Shown here piece after piece: positions 57,569 to 64,000 of a stretch of DNA of 64,000 nucleotides. The notes beneath the pieces were generated by a model. It had not been told where the DNA came from. It did no database searches and was given only the letters and a program-made list of their open reading frames with translations. Every line of letters starts with the position of its first letter. Within the stretch, counting starts at the first letter, position 1. Source of the stretch: an uncultured Gammaproteobacteria bacterium (GTDB taxonomy: Bacteria; Patescibacteriota; Patescibacteriia; UBA9934; CAZDDW01); contig OZ246408.1 of the NCBI GenBank assembly GCA_965231015.1, positions 921,908 through 985,907 of the forward strand, read 5' to 3'. The translations under genes were made by a program, and so were the position numbers.

Positions 57569-60500
57569 TTACTGTTTTTTAACAGGATCTTTCTTTTTGT
57601 CTTCGCCAAGCTCGACCTTGCTCCCTTCTTTGAGCAACTCAACGTCTAAACAGAGTCCTTTCATTTCACGTATCAGAACGTTAAAGGATTCTGGAATGTT
57701 TACCTTCCTAATCGGTTCGCCCTTAATAATCGATTCATAGGCCTTAGAGCGACCGGGTACATCATCGGATTTAATGGTCAGGATCTCCTGCAGAGTGTGA
57801 GATGCCCCATATGCTTCAAGGGCCCACACCTCCATTTCTCCAAATCTTTGTCCACCAAATTGTGCTTTACCACCAAGTGGTTGTTGGGTGATAAGTGAAT
57901 ATGGACCAATTGATCGTTGGTGCATTTTGTCTTCCACCATGTGAGAAAGTTTTAACACATACATGTAACCAACGGTTGATGGATTCTCAAACGGCTCTCC
58001 GGTACGTCCGTCATACAGATTAACTTGAGCACTTTCTGACAAATCCGCCTTTTTCAATTCTTCCTTGATAGCTTCTTCTGTGACACCATTTAACACCGGG
58101 GTCTTTACTCGGTAACCAAGCGCGTTAGCCGCTAGCCCCAAGTGAACCTCGAGGATCTGCCCCAGGTTCATACGCGAAACCACACCAAGCGGAGTTAAAA
58201 TTACATCCACCGGAGTTCCATCTTCAAGGAAAGGCATATCTTGAGCCGGCACGATTCGTGAAACCACACCCTTATTACCGTGCCGTCCGGCCACCTTGTC
58301 TCCCACCTGCATCTTTCTAAGGTCTGCCACTGACACCCGAATGGATTTGATAACACCAGGCGGCAACTTGTCTCCCGCTTCACGAGAGAAGACCATTACA
58401 TCTACCACTTTTCCATGTTCACCGTGCTCCAAATAAAGCGAGCTGTCACGCACGTCGCGGGCTTTTTCTCCAAAGATAGCCCGCAACAATTTTTCTTCAG
58501 CCGAAAGCTCAGTTTCACCCTTTGGCGTAATCTTTCCGACGAGAATATCACCAGATTTTACTTCAGCTCCAATGCGAATCACACCTTCAGCGTCTAGGTT
58601 CTTAAGTTTTTCTTCAGACACGTTTGGAATGTCTGAGGTCACCACTTCAGGTCCAAGCTTGGTATCACGCACATCAATCGTGTAGTGCTCAATATGAACC
58701 GAGGTGTAGCGGTCCTGTTGGACAACTCGATCCGAAATAATAACCGCGTCCTCATAGTTATAACCATCCCAAGCCATAAAGGCGACCAACATATTCTGAC
58801 CAAGAGCTAATTCCCCGTCAGCAACAGCAGCACCATCAGCAATCAAATCTCCCATTTTCACTTTTTGACCAAGCTCCACTGTTGGACGTTGGTTGATTCC
58901 AGTTGAAGCGTTAGAACGAGTAAACTTTTTTAATTCGTACGGATGAACAACTCCCTTACTATCTGTAATCTCGATCAAGTTACCCTGCAATTTGGTGACT
59001 GTTCCAGCTTGTTCAGCAATCACTACGTGACCTGAGTCATAGGCGGCCCGAGCCTCCACACCGGTTCCAATAATCGGTGGGTCAGGCTTGATACAAGGCA
59101 CAGACTGTCGTTGCATGTTGGTTCCCATGAGCGCTCGAGTGGCGTCATCGTGTTCCAAAAATGGAATAAGCGAAGTACCGATCGAAACAATTTGTCGGGA
59201 AGACACATCCATGTACTGCACCTCCTTTGATGGAAGCACCTGCGCTTCTTGATTTTTTCGAGCACCAACAAATTCATCAACCAAATAACCATTTTCATCT
59301 ACTTTTACAGTTGCGGGAACCACTACCGATTTCTCTTCTTTAAAGGCATTCAAATACTCAATATCATCTGTCACCTTCATCTTTCCATTTTCTTCAACTA
59401 CCTTTCTATATGGAGTCTCAATAAACCCGTACTCATTAATCACAGCGTAGGAAGCAAGGTGCCCCACCAAACCAATGTTTGGTCCTTCAGGAGTTGCGAT
59501 CGGACAAATACGACCGTAGTGAGTTGAGTGAACGTCACGCACTTCAAATCCGGCTCGTTCTCGACTAAGTCCACCCGGACCCATAGCTGACAAACGTCTC
59601 TTATGTTCAAGTTCAGCCAGCGGATTAGTCTGATCCATGAACTGTGACAACTGTGAGCTCATAAAAAACTCACGAACTGATCCAATCACCGGACGAGCAT
59701 TGATTAGTCTTCCCGGAGAAAGAGTATCAATGTCTTGTGTAGACATTCGGTCCTTAATAATTCTCTCCATTCGTGCTAGTCCCACACGGAAGCGTCCCTG
59801 AATCAACTCTCCAACCGCTCGTACGCGTCGGTTCCCCAGGTGATCCACGTCATCCGGTTCTTCCTGAGCAATGTTCAAACGGATAATCTCGCGGATGATT
59901 CGAATCAAGTCTTCCTTGGAAAGAATTCGTTTTTCTTCTGGTCCAACTGCATCCTCTGAAATATCCAATCCAAAACGAAGATTAAACTTATATCGACCTA
60001 CCTTATGTAAATCATAACGGTCAAAGTTGAAAAACATTGAATGAATCAACTGACGAGCATTATCAACAGTAGCCAAATCGCCTGGACGGATTCGCTTATA
60101 TACTTCCTTTAATCCTTCGTCCTCATTCTTGGCGGCATCTTTTAAGAGTGTTGCCTCAATGTATTTATTGGTTGGGTGTACATCAACATCCTCGAACAAC
60201 TTCATAATCTCTTCATCTTCGCTCACTCCAAAAGCACGCAAAAGTGAGGTTACTGCCACCTTTCTCTTCCGATCGATCTTAACCCAGATTACATTTTTAG
60301 GATCTGTTTCAAACTCGAGCCAGGCTCCACGGGTTGGGATAATTTTTGCACCATAGTATCGACGTCCGCGATGCACATCAGCGGTGAAGAAAGCCCCGGC
60401 AGAACGAACAAGCTGAGAAACAATTACTCGTTCAATTCCATTGATCACGAATGTTCCACGCGGTGTCATGATCGGCAAATCACCGAGATAAATTTCTTGC

Positions 60501-60826
60501 TCTTTAACCGAACCGGTACGTTTGTTATTTAAAACGGCCTTTACACGAAGCGGTGCTTCGTAGGTAACATTCTTTTCCATTGACGTTCGTTCGTCAAATT
60601 TAGGTTCATCAAGATAGTAGTCAGCCAGCGTCAATTCCAAATCACGACCAATAAAATCGCTGATTGGAGAAACCTCGCCGAATAATTCTCGAATTCCCTC
60701 CTTCAAAAACCAATCGTACGATGCGCGCTGGACTTCAATCAGGTCTGGCAAATCCATGGCATCAACTGCCGCCCCGAAAGTCTTACGCTCCATCTGACTA
60801 GGAGGAGTTTTAAGGAATTTTTTCAT
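57569..60826 (-). CDS. rpoB: RNA polymerase beta subunit
   Basis: [43 protein letters not shown]. Confidence 0.99.
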   Translation of the reverse strand: MKKFLKTPPSQMERKTFGAAVDAMDLPDLIEVQRASYDWFLKEGIRELFGEVSPISDFIGRDLELTLADYYLDEPKFDERTSMEKNVTYEAPLRVKAVLNNKRTGSVKEQEIYLGDLPIMTPRGTFVINGIERVIVSQLVRSAGAFFTADVHRGRRYYGAKIIPTRGAWLEFETDPKNVIWVKIDRKRKVAVTSLLRAFGVSEDEEIMKLFEDVDVHPTNKYIEATLLKDAAKNEDEGLKEVYKRIRPGDLATVDNARQLIHSMFFNFDRYDLHKVGRYKFNLRFGLDISEDAVGPEEKRILSKEDLIRIIREIIRLNIAQEEPDDVDHLGNRRVRAVGELIQGRFRVGLARMERIIKDRMSTQDIDTLSPGRLINARPVIGSVREFFMSSQLSQFMDQTNPLAELEHKRRLSAMGPGGLSRERAGFEVRDVHSTHYGRICPIATPEGPNIGLVGHLASYAVINEYGFIETPYRKVVEENGKMKVTDDIEYLNAFKEEKSVVVPATVKVDENGYLVDEFVGARKNQEAQVLPSKEVQYMDVSSRQIVSIGTSLIPFLEHDDATRALMGTNMQRQSVPCIKPDPPIIGTGVEARAAYDSGHVVIAEQAGTVTKLQGNLIEITDSKGVVHPYELKKFTRSNASTGINQRPTVELGQKVKMGDLIADGAAVADGELALGQNMLVAFMAWDGYNYEDAVIISDRVVQQDRYTSVHIEHYTIDVRDTKLGPEVVTSDIPNVSEEKLKNLDAEGVIRIGAEVKSGDILVGKITPKGETELSAEEKLLRAIFGEKARDVRDSSLYLEHGEHGKVVDVMVFSREAGDKLPPGVIKSIRVSVADLRKMQVGDKVAGRHGNKGVVSRIVPAQDMPFLEDGTPVDVILTPLGVVSRMNLGQILEVHLGLAANALGYRVKTPVLNGVTEEAIKEELKKADLSESAQVNLYDGRTGEPFENPSTVGYMYVLKLSHMVEDKMHQRSIGPYSLITQQPLGGKAQFGGQRFGEMEVWALEAYGASHTLQEILTIKSDDVPGRSKAYESIIKGEPIRKVNIPESFNVLIREMKGLCLDVELLKEGSKVELGEDKKKDPVKKQ

Positions 60827-60950
60827 AATGAGTTAAGAAATGATTATTAAAATTGATTATAAAAACAAAAACCCCGTTCCAAAAACGAAACAGCGTCTAA
60901 AAATGAATTGGTTTCACCTTCCATCTCTCGTGGGGGTTTATGAATAGTCA

Positions 60951-61074
60951 AATGATTGTTAAAAAACTTCAAATGCAAGGCGTGGGGAAACTGACGAGGA
61001 GGCGTACTGAAACGTACGTCGACGAGTCAGTGGGGACCCACAACGCAGCAATTGAAGGAGTTTTAACGATCATT
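60951..61074. mobile_element. 124-bp MITE-like palindromic element in the rpoB leader
   Basis: Terminal IR AATGATTGTTAAAA/TTTTAACGATCATT; nested pairing inward to GCGTAC/GTACGT. Confidence 0.65.
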
Positions 61075-61121
61075 GGTTACCCGGTTGACCATTCAGCCGT
61101 AGACGGGGTGAAATCATGAGG

Positions 61122-61150
61122 AGAATATCAAATAAACGAAGGCGTGTCAA
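61122..61150 (-). promoter_or_regulatory. Promoter of rpoBC
   Basis: TTGACA-17 nt-TATTCT on the minus strand. Confidence 0.7.
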
Positions 61151-61307
61151 GGAAAAGATGGGTGGATAAGGGGTGGAAGAGACGGGGAAAATTAAAACTT
61201 AGCTAAATTTAGCGTATTAATCTATATAAAACACCTTGTCAAGGGTGACTATGCCACAATTTATCCACAAAAAAACAGAATTGACGGTAAGTTTTGCTAA
61301 AGCAAGC

Positions 61308-61498
61308 AAAAAACCACCCGAAGGCGGTTTGGATACTCATCCGGAAGCTGGGGGTCCAAGATAACGTCGAAGAGATGCCGAGCCAGTACTTGCGAACGCG
61401 AGGAGAGAGATTTTCCTCACCGAAGTGAGGGGGCGCTCACGGCAATGGTTCAGCGGTGTCATCTCCTTCCCCACAGCTTTCGAATGACTATCTACTGA
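61308..61498 (-). ncRNA. Candidate rod-shaped ncRNA B (6S-like?)
   Basis: TTGAAA-17-TAAAAT promoter (61533-61505), hairpin 61331-61493 with C(UUCG)G apex, intrinsic terminator 61330-61308, no ORF in the track. Confidence 0.6.
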
Positions 61499-61606
61499 AA
61501 TCCAATTTTAATCTAATTTTGGTTTTATTTCAAGGACAGATGTTGATGTTTGAAAAAATTTCCCGGCAGAGCTGATCGAGGTCGACCAGATGCCGGGGTT
61601 TCCAAG

Positions 61607-62353
61607 TTATTCTTGCTCCGCCAGATAGCGGGTTTCTATCATCTGCGAGATCTCGTTACCGGCCGCGACCATGAAGTCTTGTACTTCAACTCCAGCCGCA
61701 GTGCCACCAACAAGAATCTCATCCTCTACTACATTACCTGATGGACAATCCAACATGCTAACGACCGGCACCTCACAAGTGTGGGCCATTCCAGGCAAGC
61801 TTACGTGACCACCTTCGTGAACAATGTCAGAAACCAAGTTAGCGGTTGAGGAGGTTCCACTGACCATCTGAGCGATTAACGGACAGGACCAAGTGCAGTG
61901 CATGCCCCAGTTAACCGCGTGAGTGCACCTGATGCTGTAACGCGGATAATAGGTTTCCATGAATTCACGACCACCACCCCAGTAGCACTCGTCGATATCA
62001 TCTTCAGTGATGATCGTTGGGTCAAAGAAGGGCTCGATGTTTTCAGCTACCGGCAGAACCAAACGCTTTTCCGCCTTGTAAACCTGGGCACGAGAGGGAG
62101 CGTCGTCGGCAAAATAGGCGCAAGTGATTTCGAAGTCTTCCACAGCCATGATCCTTTCGAGAACCGTGACCCGCGGAATCTGGTCCCCCATCATCTCCTC
62201 GAGCTGTTGCTGAATCTCCGACTCGAAGTGGTAGGCCTCTTCATATGCCTGATCGACCCGCTCGAGTTCGTAGTCAGAACACTCGTATTCATGCTTCCAT
62301 TCGTCAGAACATCCAGAAATCATAACAAAAATAGAAAAAAGAACTCGTCTCAT
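61607..62353 (-). CDS. Orphan lipoprotein with HExxH motif (putative zinc peptidase)
   Basis: Lipobox ISGC, IVHEGGH, GGAGG SD. Confidence 0.65.
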   Translation of the reverse strand: MRRVLFSIFVMISGCSDEWKHEYECSDYELERVDQAYEEAYHFESEIQQQLEEMMGDQIPRVTVLERIMAVEDFEITCAYFADDAPSRAQVYKAEKRLVLPVAENIEPFFDPTIITEDDIDECYWGGGREFMETYYPRYSIRCTHAVNWGMHCTWSCPLIAQMVSGTSSTANLVSDIVHEGGHVSLPGMAHTCEVPVVSMLDCPSGNVVEDEILVGGTAAGVEVQDFMVAAGNEISQMIETRYLAEQE

Positions 62354-62437
62354 CTCCCCTCCAGATTTTGGTCAACCTCTAGACTCGACATCTCGAATTC
62401 AGAGGTTGGCCCTCCTGCGTTACGTCGGCAGAAGGGG

Positions 62438-62683
62438 CTAAGGTTTGAGTGCTTGCTTTTGACGATTGAAATGTTCGGTCAAGACCATAGCCTCGGCATG
62501 TTGCCACATGGTCTTTTCTACTTCTGTGGCCAACAACGAAGATATTGACCAGTGAAACCCTTCACGCATACACTCTTCGATCAACAACGAAGCGTACAGG
62601 TGAAAGTATGGGTCAAGCACTCCTCGAGCTGAGAGCTTTCGGATTTTTATCCGTCTACCCATCGTCACAAAGACTTCGATCAT
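62438..62683 (-). CDS. Small orphan
   Basis: Purine-rich SD before ATG 62683. Confidence 0.45.
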   Translation of the reverse strand: MIEVFVTMGRRIKIRKLSARGVLDPYFHLYASLLIEECMREGFHWSISSLLATEVEKTMWQHAEAMVLTEHFNRQKQALKP

Positions 62684-62778
62684 GTCTCCACCCCTTCGTC
62701 CGAGCTGTATTCTCGATATTATATCAAGTTCACAGGTCGGTCCCACAGCCGAGAATTGGCTGTGGGGTCCGTCGCGAG

Positions 62779-63291
62779 TTAGGCCGCGTCATCGATGGTG
62801 ATGCGACCGTCCCTGCGGAAGGAAGCCAGCTTGAGGCGCTGACTTAGGCCTGGCCAAAACCTTCTGACCACGCCGAGACCAAAGGCCGCGACAAAGTACT
62901 TGGCCTTGACCCGATACATGTTGTCACCCTGGAAGGCGTAGAGAGCATGTCCGAATCTGGCCGCAGTAATGACCAGATTTCGCACTGACTGGTTACCAAC
63001 ATGTTTGATCAACCGAGCCTGGTTGAGTGCACTTAGTATCTCGAGCGCAATCTCGGATACGAAGGCCCCGTCCATCACGCGGTAGATCAAGTTCAGCCAA
63101 TAGATGACCTCGAGCTTCATGGGCTGTTCGATGTCTCTGATCACGTCGTTCAAACACCCGAACAACTCTTCATCAGTACAAGCCTGGCTTCCGAGCGTCT
63201 CGGCCAGGTCGCCATGCTCCCTGTTGGCGTCCAGAAAACGGTCAACCCACTCTATTCTTTCTCGTAATTCTCCTTCAGCTCGCGGGTCCAT
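62779..63291 (-). CDS. Orphan helical protein
   Basis: AGGAGG SD before ATG 63291. Confidence 0.65.
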   Translation of the reverse strand: MDPRAEGELRERIEWVDRFLDANREHGDLAETLGSQACTDEELFGCLNDVIRDIEQPMKLEVIYWLNLIYRVMDGAFVSEIALEILSALNQARLIKHVGNQSVRNLVITAARFGHALYAFQGDNMYRVKAKYFVAAFGLGVVRRFWPGLSQRLKLASFRRDGRITIDDAA

Positions 63292-63380
63292 ATTAACCTC
63301 CTGACCAAAGATACACATTTTGAAGGTGATTCGTCACACATTGACGAAACATCAAAGACTACTATATTTTAGCTAAATTG

Positions 63381-64000
63381 TCAAGGTAAAACCTTTAAAA
63401 AAAGTTTATTTTTTATCCTCTTCTGCAACTCGTGCATGTTGGCATGTGAACATATCCCAATATAAGAACTCTTGTTTTCTTGATTCACATTTCGAATCAT
63501 TCTCTTCACAGTTTTGTTTCGAAGTACCGTTGAATGTTCCAATAATACATAGCCAACAAAATCAATTCCTTGAGCTGGGGTTCGTATTAAAGTCTTATCT
63601 GGATGGACAGATAAGCGTAATTTTGTTTGCAAATAATCTTGTATGATTGGTATCAGTTGCTCGAGGTGACACATGTCCTGGTGTAAAATCAAGAAATCAT
63701 CACAGTAACGAAGATAATACCTTTCTTTGAGCTCGAACTTCACAAAATGGTCGAGCTCATGCATGTAAACATTAGCAAATAGCTGGCTGGTCAGATTACC
63801 CAAAGGAATACCTTTGTGTTGACCAACGGAAAAACTTGAAATGATCTTCTGCAACAATTTCAAACTACGGTTGCAGGATATTTGTTTTGTTAATAAACTC
63901 ATTAGAACACTATGGTCAACACTAGCAAAGTATTTCTTGATATCACACTTAAGTGCATAAACGGTTCTGGTGTTGTTGGACGAAGCCTTGTTTATAAAGC
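63381..64000 (-). CDS. Reverse transcriptase, DGR-type (5' part outside the window)
   Basis: Frame open to the window edge: YALKCDIKKYFASVDH, GIPLGNLTSQLFANVY, YLRYCDDF, GIDFVGY, SYIGICSHAN. Confidence 0.9.
   Translation of the reverse strand, partial: FINKASSNNTRTVYALKCDIKKYFASVDHSVLMSLLTKQISCNRSLKLLQKIISSFSVGQHKGIPLGNLTSQLFANVYMHELDHFVKFELKERYYLRYCDDFLILHQDMCHLEQLIPIIQDYLQTKLRLSVHPDKTLIRTPAQGIDFVGYVLLEHSTVLRNKTVKRMIRNVNQENKSSYIGICSHANMHELQKRIKNKLFLKVLP

Noticed and set aside
61607-63291. Orphans downstream of the RT as DGR target genes
   Set aside because: No C-type-lectin-like C-terminus or TR-like repeat is visible; cannot be tested without the TR.

Overview
Window from a Patescibacteria/CPR chromosome. 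The 16S signatures, standard genetic code and an ABY1-type surface protein suggest Parcubacteria, possibly Uhrbacteria-like (inference). The backbone is housekeeping: gyrA, rpsA, ftsH, a PilB-like ATPase, tsaE-tsaD, clpP, a DHH phosphoesterase, a short SMC, rpsP-khpA-trmD-pyrD, a lone 16S rRNA, five tRNAs and rpoB-rpoC-yebC-ruvC-galT. The most striking region is 29.4-35.8 kb. A tyrosine recombinase that resembles integron integrases, but lacks the IntI-specific insertion, sits divergent from an array of about 9 co-oriented cassettes. The cassettes are separated by AAC...GTT hairpins, and each complete gene cassette is also bracketed by its own terminal inverted repeats (8-31 bp), which canonical attC cassettes do not have. 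Other notable items: two ~190-nt promoter-driven rod-shaped ncRNA candidates with UUCG loops; dispersed REP-like palindromes inserted into a gene, a tRNA copy and a promoter, with a RAYT remnant; an ars-type redox/efflux operon with an ArsG-ArsP fusion; a five-codon leader ORF upstream of chorismate mutase; SD-led GC-rich orphans among SD-less core genes; and the 3' part of a DGR-type reverse transcriptase cut by the window edge. All calls were made by eye and no database searches were run.
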